A DNA stretch of 47,059 nucleotides from a bacterium (lineage in GTDB: Bacteria > Verrucomicrobiota > Kiritimatiellia > RFP12 > DVOR01), in the NCBI GenBank assembly GCA_030535915.1, contig JAUNQZ010000002.1, positions 1 through 47,059 of the forward strand, written 5' to 3'. The notes under the pieces were generated by a model. It was not told the origin of the DNA. It saw only the letters and a list, made by a program, of their open reading frames with translations, and did not search any database. This document shows positions 9,175 to 18,236 of the stretch, piece after piece (position 1 is the first letter of the stretch; each line of letters opens with the position of its first letter). A program made the position numbers and the translations under genes.

Positions 9175-9309
9175 ATGACTTATGTTTGTCAAGTTTGCGG
9201 ATATGTTTATGATCCTGCTGAAAATGATGGTATCGAATTTGAAAATCTTCCCGAAGATTGGGTGTGCCCCACTTGCGGCGTTGGCAAGTCAGATTTCGCT
9301 GCCTGCTAA
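9175..9309 (+). CDS. Rubredoxin (short 44-aa form)
   Basis: Hand translation gives [44 protein letters not shown]. It has the two CxxCG knuckles and the conserved YDP and DWVCP motifs. It is below the length cutoff of the ORF track. The track instead lists an out-of-frame 67-aa ORF at 9182-9385. Confidence 0.92.
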   Translation: MTYVCQVCGYVYDPAENDGIEFENLPEDWVCPTCGVGKSDFAAC

Positions 9310-9317
9310 AAGGAATG

Positions 9318-9349
9318 GAAGCGTGCTCAATCGCACGCTTCTTTTTTTA
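9318..9349 (+). terminator. Rho-independent terminator of the rubredoxin gene
   Basis: GAAGCGTGC-TCAATC-GCACGCTTC followed by TTTTTTT. Confidence 0.85.
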
Positions 9350-9402
9350 TTAGACATGCTTAAAGATAAGAATCCTTTAAGATAATAAATGCATTCAATA
9401 AT

Positions 9403-9433
9403 AAAAAACGGACGGGATATCCCGTCCGTTTTT
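9403..9433. terminator. Bidirectional terminator serving the convergent aspartate kinase gene
   Basis: AAAAAA-CGGACGGGA-TA-TCCCGTCCG-TTTTT. It is U-rich on both strands and lies 23 nt beyond the aspartate kinase stop. Confidence 0.85.
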
Positions 9434-9455
9434 AGTATCAATGAAAAGCTTCAAT

Positions 9456-10817
9456 TTATTCCTTGAAGAACGCATGATAAAGCGCACGCACGGCGGCTTC
9501 ACGATGAGAACTCTGAACGCCAAACATCATGGAGATTTCAGAAGAACCCTGGTTCATCATATCAAGCGAAATACCTTCACGGAAGAGTGCAAGCGTTGCA
9601 TGAGCAGCCATGCCAGGCGTATAATAAAGCCCCTCGCCCACAATCATAATAAGGCAAGTGCCGCGTTCAATCTGAAGATTATCGGGCTGAAGTTCGCGCA
9701 TAATATGATCGCGAACGCGACCTTCAACTTCTGGAGTAAAGTTATCTTCACGGAAGACAACCGAGACATTGTCAATACCCGAGGGCATGTGTTCGTAAGA
9801 AATACCTTCGTCTTCAAGAATCTGAAGGAGACGACGACCGAAGCCAACCTCACGATTCATCATGTACTTATCAATGTAAAGCGTACAGAAGCCAACCGAA
9901 GAAGCAATGCCAACGACAGACCCCTGACGCGCACGACGATGATGAACAATCATTGTTCCCGGTGCTTCAGGACGATTGGTATTACGAATATTAATTGGAA
10001 TCTGAGCCTTCACTGCAGGAATGATTGCTTCATCTTGGAAAACACCAAAACCCGCATAGGAAAGTTCACGCATTTCACGATAAGTCATCTCAGAAATGCC
10101 AACAGAAACTTCTGGCACATGACGAGGATCGACGGGATAGACAGCGTCAACATCCGTAAAGTTTTCATAGACATCGGCTTTCACTGCAGCCGCGAGGATT
10201 GAACCTGTGATATCCGAACCGCCTCGAGGGAACGTTGCGATTTCACCCGCCTTGGTATAACCAAAGAAGCCTGGGAAAATAATCAAATAATCACGATCCT
10301 TCAAAGCCTTTTCAAGATTCTGATAGGACTCTGGCAAAAGTTGTGCATTACCAAAGTCATCCGAGAGCAGAAGCCCTGCATCACGCGGATTAACATATTC
10401 TGCCGGTACACCAATCTTACGAAACGCTTCAGCAACGATACGTGCCGAGTTATCTTCACCCGCGGCCTTCATGGCATCCATGAAGCAAGCAGCGCTGATT
10501 TCCTCTTTACGAGCAATACGCGCCGTAAGGTCTGCACGGATTTCTTCAACAATCGCTTCGTCAAGGTTAAGACCACGTTGAATAACCGCATAACGCTCAA
10601 CAATCTCATCGAGCACTTCGGTATGATCTTTTTCCGAAAGACAACGACCCGCACATTCAATCAACAAATCGGTAACTTTTGTATCGTCTTTATGGCGTTT
10701 ACCAGGAGCGGAAACAACCACAATACGACGCGTTTCATCTGCTGTAATAATATCACGAATTTTTGCAACTTGGATGTCATCTGCTACGGAAGAACCGCCG
10801 AATTTACAAACTTTCAT
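9456..10817 (-). CDS. lysC: Aspartate kinase
   Basis: 453 aa. The N-terminus is MKVCKFGGSSV...VVVSAPG, and the C-terminal region is ACT-like. AGGAG Shine-Dalgarno upstream. Confidence 0.92.
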   Translation of the reverse strand: MKVCKFGGSSVADDIQVAKIRDIITADETRRIVVVSAPGKRHKDDTKVTDLLIECAGRCLSEKDHTEVLDEIVERYAVIQRGLNLDEAIVEEIRADLTARIARKEEISAACFMDAMKAAGEDNSARIVAEAFRKIGVPAEYVNPRDAGLLLSDDFGNAQLLPESYQNLEKALKDRDYLIIFPGFFGYTKAGEIATFPRGGSDITGSILAAAVKADVYENFTDVDAVYPVDPRHVPEVSVGISEMTYREMRELSYAGFGVFQDEAIIPAVKAQIPINIRNTNRPEAPGTMIVHHRRARQGSVVGIASSVGFCTLYIDKYMMNREVGFGRRLLQILEDEGISYEHMPSGIDNVSVVFREDNFTPEVEGRVRDHIMRELQPDNLQIERGTCLIMIVGEGLYYTPGMAAHATLALFREGISLDMMNQGSSEISMMFGVQSSHREAAVRALYHAFFKE

Positions 10818-10855
10818 TTATGTGTAACTCCTGAGTTGTTAAAAAATTTTTATGT

Positions 10856-12160
10856 TTAAAGCATACAGAGGTAGTGAGGCATTGTTTGAACAATCCCTGC
10901 CTCCGTAATTTCTGTAAGCGCTTGGACAAGGTCACCATTGCGTGCAGGTTGCGTAAGAATCACGACCGGCACAAACCCTGCCTTACGATGTGCTTCTGTA
11001 GGTTCATGTTGAGAAGCTGCAAAAATACTCACGCCATGATTGCCAAGGATGGTTGCAAAGCGCCCCACCATACCACAATCATCACGCACCATCAAACGAA
11101 TATAGTAACGACTTGTGCATTCTTCCGCGGGAAGCAACGAGAGCGTCGAGTTCGCCATAGCAGGTAAAGGTTCGGCAGCACGAGGGGTTGCAGAAGCAAT
11201 ATGACGCGCCACGGAAATAATGTCAGAAATAACTGCACTTGCCGTTGCAGCGCGACCTGCACCCTTACCGTAATAGAGCGTATCCCCAGTCAAAGTCCCA
11301 TCCACAAGCACGGCGTTAAAGACTTCATTGACGGAGCCCAACATGTGCTTCTTGGAGACGAGTGTTGGATTAACGCTTACCTCAACCTTATCCCCATGCT
11401 TCTTGCAAAGCGCAAGCAACTTAATCGTGTAGCCAAGTTCATCTGCGTATTGGACATCCGTAAGGCTCAAGCCACGAATACCTTTTACGGGAATATCTTG
11501 CAATGGAATGGTTACACCATAAGCCAATGAGGCGAGAATCGCAATTTTATGTGCAGTATCAAATCCATCAATATCAAGCGAAGGATTTGCTTCTGCATAG
11601 CCCAAACGCTGTGCATCTGCGAGCACTTCATCAAAATCAACACCTTCACGAGCCATGCGCGTGAGAATATAGTTACACGTGCCATTGAGAATGCCATAAA
11701 CCGCAGTGATATCATTCGCCACAAGACCATCACGCAACGAACGAATAATCGGAATACCACCACCAACACTCGCGCCAAAATAGAGATCCACATGCTTCTG
11801 ACGCGCAAGTTCAAAGAGTTCTTCACCCTTTTCTGCGAGCAATTTCTTATTGGCGGTAACCACGGACTTGCCAGCTTCAAGCGCCTGGCGAATCACTTCA
11901 TACGCAATCCCCGTCCCACCAATGAGTTCCACAATGAGATCAATATCATCACGCTGAATCAATGCAAGCGCATCCGTTGAAAGAATCTCCGAGGGAACGA
12001 CAACGCCACGATCCGTTGTAATATCGAGATCGGCAATCGCACGCAATTGAATATCTACACCACAACGACGGGTTAAAAGTGCAGCACCTTGTAACAATCC
12101 CTCTGCAACACCTGCACCAACGGTTCCGAAACCAACAATACCAACGCCAACATGTTTCAT
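10856..12160 (-). CDS. hom: Homoserine dehydrogenase
   Basis: It has the GVGIVGFGTVG Rossmann motif and a C-terminal ACT domain. The track ORF begins at a TTG (12199). The ATG at 12160 is preceded by GAGGT and gives the canonical N-terminus MKHVGVGIVGFG. Confidence 0.93.
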   Translation of the reverse strand: MKHVGVGIVGFGTVGAGVAEGLLQGAALLTRRCGVDIQLRAIADLDITTDRGVVVPSEILSTDALALIQRDDIDLIVELIGGTGIAYEVIRQALEAGKSVVTANKKLLAEKGEELFELARQKHVDLYFGASVGGGIPIIRSLRDGLVANDITAVYGILNGTCNYILTRMAREGVDFDEVLADAQRLGYAEANPSLDIDGFDTAHKIAILASLAYGVTIPLQDIPVKGIRGLSLTDVQYADELGYTIKLLALCKKHGDKVEVSVNPTLVSKKHMLGSVNEVFNAVLVDGTLTGDTLYYGKGAGRAATASAVISDIISVARHIASATPRAAEPLPAMANSTLSLLPAEECTSRYYIRLMVRDDCGMVGRFATILGNHGVSIFAASQHEPTEAHRKAGFVPVVILTQPARNGDLVQALTEITEAGIVQTMPHYLCML

Positions 12161-12208
12161 TTTTACCTCAAATCGTGTTGTTTCAAAAATGTAATCCAAA
12201 CATCTATT

Positions 12209-12237
12209 AGTATAACAAAAAGTGTCCCATTTAGCAA
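12209..12237 (-). promoter_or_regulatory. Candidate promoter of hom-lysC
   Basis: On the minus strand, TTGCTA (12237-12232), a 17-nt spacer, then TATACT (12214-12209). Confidence 0.55.
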
Positions 12238-12305
12238 TCTTTTATCCGTTTTCCTTAAGAAAAAGTCAACGCCGCTTATTGCAACAAAATAAAAGTAGGA
12301 CCCCT

Positions 12306-14222
12306 TTATTTTTCGGTCGGCGAATAAAGCTGTTGTTCAAATTGCTCAAACTGTGTTAATTTAAGACCTTTTGCTTTACAAAAAGCTTTAATTTCCTCAA
12401 GTCGCTCAGGACGCATCGCAGCCGTAGAGATTAATATCTTGGTCGGCTTAAGCCGTTCAAAATGTTGTTTGTCCTCAAGATATTCAAGCGGACCTAAAAT
12501 CGGCAAATCACGAAAAACGCGTCCACGCACACCAGGATTATCATCCAATGCGCCTAACATAGCCGCATGATTGCGCGTAACATTGAGTTCATAGAGTGTA
12601 ACATACGCGCGCAAATTAATCCCCGCGCCATAAAACAAAATGCGTTCAATCGATGTATCGTGAAGCGAACGCTTCTTTAAGAGACGATTCTCCGCAGTCG
12701 CAAGAAATTGCAAAAAGGCTGACTTTAAGAGACGCACCCCCAACATCGGCAACGGCACAATCAATGCCCATAACAAATGGAATCGAATCAACGGATGAGC
12801 CCAATCTGGACGAACAAACGAAATCACAATATGGGAGAGCAATGACCCCACAAAAACCGCCATCACTAACATCAAACTATCTTTTCGTGTGCTACGCCCC
12901 CAAATGCGATGATAGGCTTGCGTAAAGACAAGCAAAAGCGCAACGGGCACAACATAAATAAGAAAAATATTAAAGTGTTGTCCCGTTGTAAAGGTCGGCA
13001 ACATCGGATTTAAAACAAAATAAAGCCCCAGATGTGCACTCGCCATCACCACAAGGTCCGCAAGAATATACAGCGGAATCGCAAGTGTTCGACGCCCCAT
13101 ACGCGACCCCGGCTTCGAAAGCAAACGCCCCGCATCCCAAAGCTCAATCTCCGTCATAAAGCGAACAATCACATACGCAAACGCCGCAAACCCAATCAAA
13201 AAGATAGAGGCTTTACTTTCTTTAATCACAATCGAAATAAAACCTAAGACGACCAACGCAACCGCAAGCCCATAGAGCCCCAGAACCGCCCGACGCTGAT
13301 TACCTCTCGCAAACGAGAGCAAACGATGATGTACATGATTTCGGTCAGCTGTCATCACACCATCTTTTTTACCTTCCTTACGATACAGCACATACCGCAA
13401 GGTGCGACGAAGAATCGCCAAAAAAGTATCCGTCATCGGAATGCCAAGACACAAAACGGGTAACCCAAACGAAACCACAAATGCATCTGCACGACCTAAT
13501 AACAATGCAAAAGTTGCAAGCGAAAAACCAATAAAAAGACTCCCCGAGTCTCCCATAAAGATAGATGCGGGATTATAGTTATAACGCAAAAACCCTAAAA
13601 TCGAACCAATGAAAATCGGGAGCATTAGAGGATGAAGCGCATTAAAGTTCGCGCCCGTATAAAAAGAAACCCCCAACATCCCAAGTGAAGCAATAATGGC
13701 AAGACCAGATGCAAGCCCATCCAATCCATCTATGAGATTAAAGGCATTAATTAATCCAATAAACCACGCAATCGTCAATGGCAAAGTCACCCATGTACAA
13801 GCGGTCCATTCGCCCCATGCACTGGGTAAATGAAAGGCAACCCCGGCAGAATACATAATGCTTGCAACACCGATTTGAACCATTAATCGAAAGAGCGCTG
13901 GCAATCCTTTGCAGTCATCCCAAAAACCAACCGCGACCAACACCAACGAACATCCCGCAAACGCCATCCAAGCGGGTGTTAACACGGCCTCATAATGAAA
14001 GAACGGTGCACAACATACCGCGAGCGATGCAGTGATAAAAAAGGCTATGACAATCGCAAGTCCACCACTCCGCGGGATCGGTGTCGTATTCACGCGACGC
14101 GCATCAGGCATGTCAACAATATTAAAACGCTTCATCCAATACCGAACACACGGCGTCAAAAGCAACGAAAATAAACAAGCGATGGAAAAAACAACACCCA
14201 TCAGTAAAAGTTGTTTAATCAT
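12306..14222 (-). CDS. Polyprenyl-phosphate N-acetylhexosamine-1-phosphate transferase (WecA/MraY family), fused to a C-terminal polytopic segment plus a Rossmann-like module
   Basis: 638 aa. Residues 1 to about 340 are a multi-TM WecA/MraY-type domain (NLIDGLDGLA, GDSGSLF). Residues from about 375 carry four more TM segments. After them comes ILFYGAGINLRAYV...LGALDDNPGVRGRVFRDLPILGPLEYL...KILIS, which resembles the TM plus CoA-binding-like N-terminal module of WbaP/PglF-type enzymes. Confidence 0.8.
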   Translation of the reverse strand: MIKQLLLMGVVFSIACLFSLLLTPCVRYWMKRFNIVDMPDARRVNTTPIPRSGGLAIVIAFFITASLAVCCAPFFHYEAVLTPAWMAFAGCSLVLVAVGFWDDCKGLPALFRLMVQIGVASIMYSAGVAFHLPSAWGEWTACTWVTLPLTIAWFIGLINAFNLIDGLDGLASGLAIIASLGMLGVSFYTGANFNALHPLMLPIFIGSILGFLRYNYNPASIFMGDSGSLFIGFSLATFALLLGRADAFVVSFGLPVLCLGIPMTDTFLAILRRTLRYVLYRKEGKKDGVMTADRNHVHHRLLSFARGNQRRAVLGLYGLAVALVVLGFISIVIKESKASIFLIGFAAFAYVIVRFMTEIELWDAGRLLSKPGSRMGRRTLAIPLYILADLVVMASAHLGLYFVLNPMLPTFTTGQHFNIFLIYVVPVALLLVFTQAYHRIWGRSTRKDSLMLVMAVFVGSLLSHIVISFVRPDWAHPLIRFHLLWALIVPLPMLGVRLLKSAFLQFLATAENRLLKKRSLHDTSIERILFYGAGINLRAYVTLYELNVTRNHAAMLGALDDNPGVRGRVFRDLPILGPLEYLEDKQHFERLKPTKILISTAAMRPERLEEIKAFCKAKGLKLTQFEQFEQQLYSPTEK

Positions 14223-15319
14223 ACGAGAGCCTCCTTCAGGAGACAGACCATTTCATCCATCAGCGCACGCGTAAGCTTTCGTCCAGAGGGCAAACAAAGA
14301 CCCCGCTTAAAAAGCCTTTCACTTTGCCCATTTAAATACACCGGCGCAGACTTAAATACAGGTTGCAAATGCATCGGCTTCCACATCGGGCGAGCCTCAA
14401 ATCCCGCTTGAAGAAAGATCTTTGTCATTTCAATCGGATCGACCGATGGCGGGAGGGTAATAACGGTGAGCCAAAAATTCGGCATCCCATAAGAAGCAAT
14501 GGGCATAAAATCTATCGGCAATCCCTCAAGTGCTTGATGCCATTCTTCCCAAACGCGTTGCTTATCGCAAAGTGCATCCTCAAGATGTTCTAATTGTGCA
14601 AGCCCAATCGCCGCGGGAATATTCCCCATACGACCATGCGTACCGACCCGTTGATGTTCATACCAAAGCGTCGGCTCGCGTCCTTGACTTGCAAGTTGTT
14701 GACACAAAGCAACCAATGCACCATCATCCGAAAGGAGCAAACCGCCCCCACCCGTGGTAATGATTTTGTTCCCATTAAAAGAATAAATCGTAGCCCAAGC
14801 ACCTTTACCCGAGGCACGCTGCTGATAGGTCGCCCCAACACTCTCTGCTGCATCCACAATAAACTTCACATTGTACTGTGCGCACAACGCCGCGAGTGCA
14901 TCAATGTCACAACTTTGACCATAGAGATCTGTAACGATCAACGCTTTTGCCTTGGGGTGTTCACGTAAAGCTTTTTCAGCGAGCGCGACATCCATACACC
15001 ACGAGGTTGCATCTGCATCCACAAAAACCGGCATCGCCCCCAACGAAACAAACGGCGCCACTGACGCAATAAAGGTCAATGTACTTGCAATAATTTCATC
15101 CCCTGGCTGAATGTTCAATGCGCGAGCGAGCAATTCCAGCGCCATTGTACCAGAATTCGTTGCAAGCGCATGCGAAAACCCAAAACGTTCCTTAGCGCGC
15201 GCTTCAAAGGCATCCACCATCGGCCCACAAGGTGCAATATAACCCGAGTCAAGGGCGGCAGCAAGCGCAACACGCTCGGCTTCACAATTTAAACAAGGAG
15301 GTGAGAGAAAAGCTTTCAT
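14219..15319 (-). CDS. DegT/DnrJ/EryC1/StrS-family PLP-dependent sugar aminotransferase
   Basis: 366 aa. Motifs are ATNSGTMALELL and SFNGNKIITTGGGG (PLP lysine). It has an ATGA overlap with the downstream gene. Confidence 0.9.
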   Translation of the reverse strand: MKAFLSPPCLNCEAERVALAAALDSGYIAPCGPMVDAFEARAKERFGFSHALATNSGTMALELLARALNIQPGDEIIASTLTFIASVAPFVSLGAMPVFVDADATSWCMDVALAEKALREHPKAKALIVTDLYGQSCDIDALAALCAQYNVKFIVDAAESVGATYQQRASGKGAWATIYSFNGNKIITTGGGGLLLSDDGALVALCQQLASQGREPTLWYEHQRVGTHGRMGNIPAAIGLAQLEHLEDALCDKQRVWEEWHQALEGLPIDFMPIASYGMPNFWLTVITLPPSVDPIEMTKIFLQAGFEARPMWKPMHLQPVFKSAPVYLNGQSERLFKRGLCLPSGRKLTRALMDEMVCLLKEALV

Positions 15320-16092
15320 TACTTCGAATTTTCAAACGCGTTCTTCTTGAACGAATAAAATAAAATACCGAGATATTCTTTGATATAGGTGCAACTACTA
15401 TTCAATGCAGCAGCATTGGGCAATTCCATCCAAAGCGGGCGTCGGGAGGCTTCAGCACATACCATTGTCGACTCATAATCACACCCTACCGGAATGATTT
15501 CAAGCCCACAGCCTTCATACATCATCAACGCGCGACGCATGTGCCACGCCGAGGTAACAAGGAGCACCTTCTTCGCTTTTCGTTCACGCAAGAGCGCAAC
15601 CGTGTACTTCGCATTTTCGGCGGTATCACGCGCGTCAGTATCACATAAAATACGAGACCTTGGCACACGCATCGTTTCAAGCAACGGCAATTCTGCTCGC
15701 GCCGAAATCTCTCCCGAGGGAAGAATCAACGATGCCTTCCCCGCATGATACAAGCGCGCCGCCATAATCACGCGATCCGCTGCAGAATAACAATCGGGAT
15801 AGGGCACCTTCTCATTCATCGGAGCAATGCCACCGCCTAAAAGAATAATCGCATCCGCTTGCGGAATCTCTGCCAACGTCTTCACCGGACACGAAGCTTC
15901 GAGCCCCACCCCAATCGTACGCGCCACCACGGGCAAACTCAACGCAATGATGGTTGTCGCGAAGAGCGTCGCAAAGACCGCCCACCGCCAAGCCCGCTTC
16001 TTCCACATCACAAGCGCCCAAAGGAGCAACGCAATCAACACCCATGTAAAGGGCATCGACAACCATAATAACCACTTAAACAATACAAACAT
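15319..16092 (-). CDS. DUF218 (YdcF/ElyC/SanA-like) membrane protein
   Basis: N-terminal TM helices, then ADAIILLGGGI and DTAENAKY motifs. It has a TAATG overlap with the aminotransferase gene. Confidence 0.8.
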   Translation of the reverse strand: MFVLFKWLLWLSMPFTWVLIALLLWALVMWKKRAWRWAVFATLFATTIIALSLPVVARTIGVGLEASCPVKTLAEIPQADAIILLGGGIAPMNEKVPYPDCYSAADRVIMAARLYHAGKASLILPSGEISARAELPLLETMRVPRSRILCDTDARDTAENAKYTVALLRERKAKKVLLVTSAWHMRRALMMYEGCGLEIIPVGCDYESTMVCAEASRRPLWMELPNAAALNSSCTYIKEYLGILFYSFKKNAFENSK

Positions 16093-16095
16093 AGT

Positions 16096-16716
16096 TTACT
16101 CGCGTTCTCTCATACGATGAAGTAAAACGGCTAACCCAACCGCAAGGTCTTCGCGTTGAACCAAAATTTCATCTGGCAACTCCAATTGTGCCGGTGTGAA
16201 ATTCCAAATGGCACGAATCCCACCCGTGACCATCTGCTCTGCAACGCGTTGTGCACGCTCTGCAGGCACCGTTAAAATGCCAAGGGTCGCCCCAATGCGA
16301 TGGGTCGTTTCCGTAAGCACATTCACAGGAAAAATCGGTGTCCCTGCAACAATCACATTACACCGCTCCGGCGCGGCATCAAATCCAGCGGCAATGCGTA
16401 ACCCTTGCTTCTTAAACCCAGGATACGAAAGTAACGCCGACCCCAACTTACCGACACCGGCCAAGACCGCCATCATCTCCGTATCTGCACCAATGAGACG
16501 CTCAATCGAACGAATCAATTGTGGAATCGGAAATCCTTTACGTGGCGTTCCGCGCACCCCTGTGCGTGCCAAATCCTTACGCACAACAATGGGATCTAAC
16601 CCCAAGACTTGTGCAATCACCGCTCCCGACGCATACGCCTGCCCCGCGACTTCCCATTCACGAAGCACGCGGAGATAAAGCGGTAAGCGTTCTAAAATCG
16701 GCGTTCCAAAAGTCAT
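16096..16716 (-). CDS. rex: Redox-sensing transcriptional repressor Rex
   Basis: 206 aa. It has a winged-helix N-terminus (LERLPLYLRVL), the Rossmann motif LAGVGKLGSALL, and the IRAIWNFTP motif. Confidence 0.9.
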   Translation of the reverse strand: MTFGTPILERLPLYLRVLREWEVAGQAYASGAVIAQVLGLDPIVVRKDLARTGVRGTPRKGFPIPQLIRSIERLIGADTEMMAVLAGVGKLGSALLSYPGFKKQGLRIAAGFDAAPERCNVIVAGTPIFPVNVLTETTHRIGATLGILTVPAERAQRVAEQMVTGGIRAIWNFTPAQLELPDEILVQREDLAVGLAVLLHRMRERE

Positions 16717-16727
16717 CGTTGCAATCC

Positions 16728-18236
16728 TTAGACTTCTTCAACCGGCGGTGTTGCTAAGACATCGTAACTCAACAAACGACAATCAAGCGCACCATTCTTA
16801 AATTCTAAGATATCGGAAGTCTTCAAATGAATCTTGAGGGAGAGCTCCTTCGAGGAGGTAATCACCCACGCCTTCCAACCTTCTGGAACGCGTTCACGTA
16901 ACCACGTACCAATGCCTTCATAGAGCGGGATCAACGAGGTTTCATCTTCCAAACGCTCACCATAGGGAGGATTCATAAAAATCACACCCGGCGTTGCTGG
17001 CAATTGTGTATCGGTAAAATCATCCACAAAGAATTTCACCATCGCCCCTACCCCTGCGGCATTAGCGTTGCGTTCGGCGATCCCAACGGCTTCAGTTTCC
17101 CAATCCACACCGATAATACGTGGCAACGAGGGATCATTATACGGCACCTCTTGTTCGCGCGCTTCTATCACCATCGCCTTAAAAATCTCCTGCGGCGCCG
17201 CACCAAAACGACGACGCGCACTCACCATCCCGCGTTCGCCCGGAATAATTTCCGTCCAGCCCTTCAAATGCATAAAGGAGAAATCGGCACGCAAGGTCCC
17301 TGGCAAAATCTTACGCGCCATCAACGCAGCTTCAATCGCAGGTGTCCCCGATCCACTAAAGGGAACCACAAAGGGGACCTTCTTATCCCAACCCGTTGCC
17401 ATCACACAGGCTGCGGCAAGCGCTTCTTGCATGGGCGCGACCCAACCTTCTTTACGATAGCCTCGACGCGAAAGCGAATTACCTGTCGTATCAATATAAA
17501 TCTTTGCGTGACTCTTTTCCCACCATAAGAAGACCGCCGCACCCGGCACACCCTCGGTTAAACGCGACCCAAAGGTTCGTTCAAAACGCTTCTTCAAGGT
17601 CATGAAATCCAACTTCGGCAAATAGAGATCGCCAGACATCAAATCATAACCATCGACTTCAACGAGAAGTTCTGCGCGTTCCTTCTCTTCGGGCAACTCC
17701 GAAAGCCAATCTTCAAGTGCCGCCTTAACCAAACGCATCGCACTCTTCAATGAGGCTTGTTTATCATAGAGCGTTTCGCCATCCGCTTTAACGAGAATTT
17801 TAACGCTATCACCGACATTGGGGCGACGACCACACTTTGCACGCATACGGTCAACAATCGCATCCTTCAAACGCAACGTCGGCATACGCGTATCCAAAAC
17901 ACCTTCAACATCACGCGTTGCATTATTGACAAAAAACGATGCATCCGGCGAGAGCACCTGCTCCCACGGCGCATAATACGCCAAATTGTAGAGATCGTCC
18001 AGCGTATAACAACGCACATCTTGCACAAACGGCCACAACACGCGTTGCGCTGTGCGGAGCGAAAGATTCAAACGCAAAATATCACGGCACGCATGTTTCG
18101 CCTTGATACCGACCATCGTTTCATTCGAGCCCAAAATTTCATAGCCCAGGTCGGTTAATTCTTGTTTGAGGAAAGGGACAATCCCTTTGCCACATGTAAT
18201 CGCAAGCGTTGTTTCATCTGTCCAAAGGTTACGCAT
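16728..18236 (-). CDS. THUMP-domain SAM-dependent RNA methyltransferase (RlmL/UPF0020-like)
   Basis: 502 aa. It has the NPPYGERL motif IV and a THUMP-like N-terminal half. It is longer than the roughly 380-aa homologues I recall. Confidence 0.8.
   Translation of the reverse strand: MRNLWTDETTLAITCGKGIVPFLKQELTDLGYEILGSNETMVGIKAKHACRDILRLNLSLRTAQRVLWPFVQDVRCYTLDDLYNLAYYAPWEQVLSPDASFFVNNATRDVEGVLDTRMPTLRLKDAIVDRMRAKCGRRPNVGDSVKILVKADGETLYDKQASLKSAMRLVKAALEDWLSELPEEKERAELLVEVDGYDLMSGDLYLPKLDFMTLKKRFERTFGSRLTEGVPGAAVFLWWEKSHAKIYIDTTGNSLSRRGYRKEGWVAPMQEALAAACVMATGWDKKVPFVVPFSGSGTPAIEAALMARKILPGTLRADFSFMHLKGWTEIIPGERGMVSARRRFGAAPQEIFKAMVIEAREQEVPYNDPSLPRIIGVDWETEAVGIAERNANAAGVGAMVKFFVDDFTDTQLPATPGVIFMNPPYGERLEDETSLIPLYEGIGTWLRERVPEGWKAWVITSSKELSLKIHLKTSDILEFKNGALDCRLLSYDVLATPPVEEV

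Noticed and set aside
9175-9309. Whether the 44-aa rubredoxin is a truncated pseudogene
   Set aside because: Both CxxCG knuckles and the aromatic core are intact. It has its own consensus promoter, Shine-Dalgarno and terminator. I recall a natural 45-aa rubredoxin form with the same 7-residue loop deletion in Desulfovibrio desulfuricans. It is therefore likely functional and not novel.
8742-9385. Track ORFs 8742-8939 (minus), 8968-9159 (plus) and 9182-9385 (plus)
   Set aside because: The first overlaps the carB terminator. The second runs through the rubredoxin promoter. The third is out of frame with the clear rubredoxin CDS and crosses its terminator.
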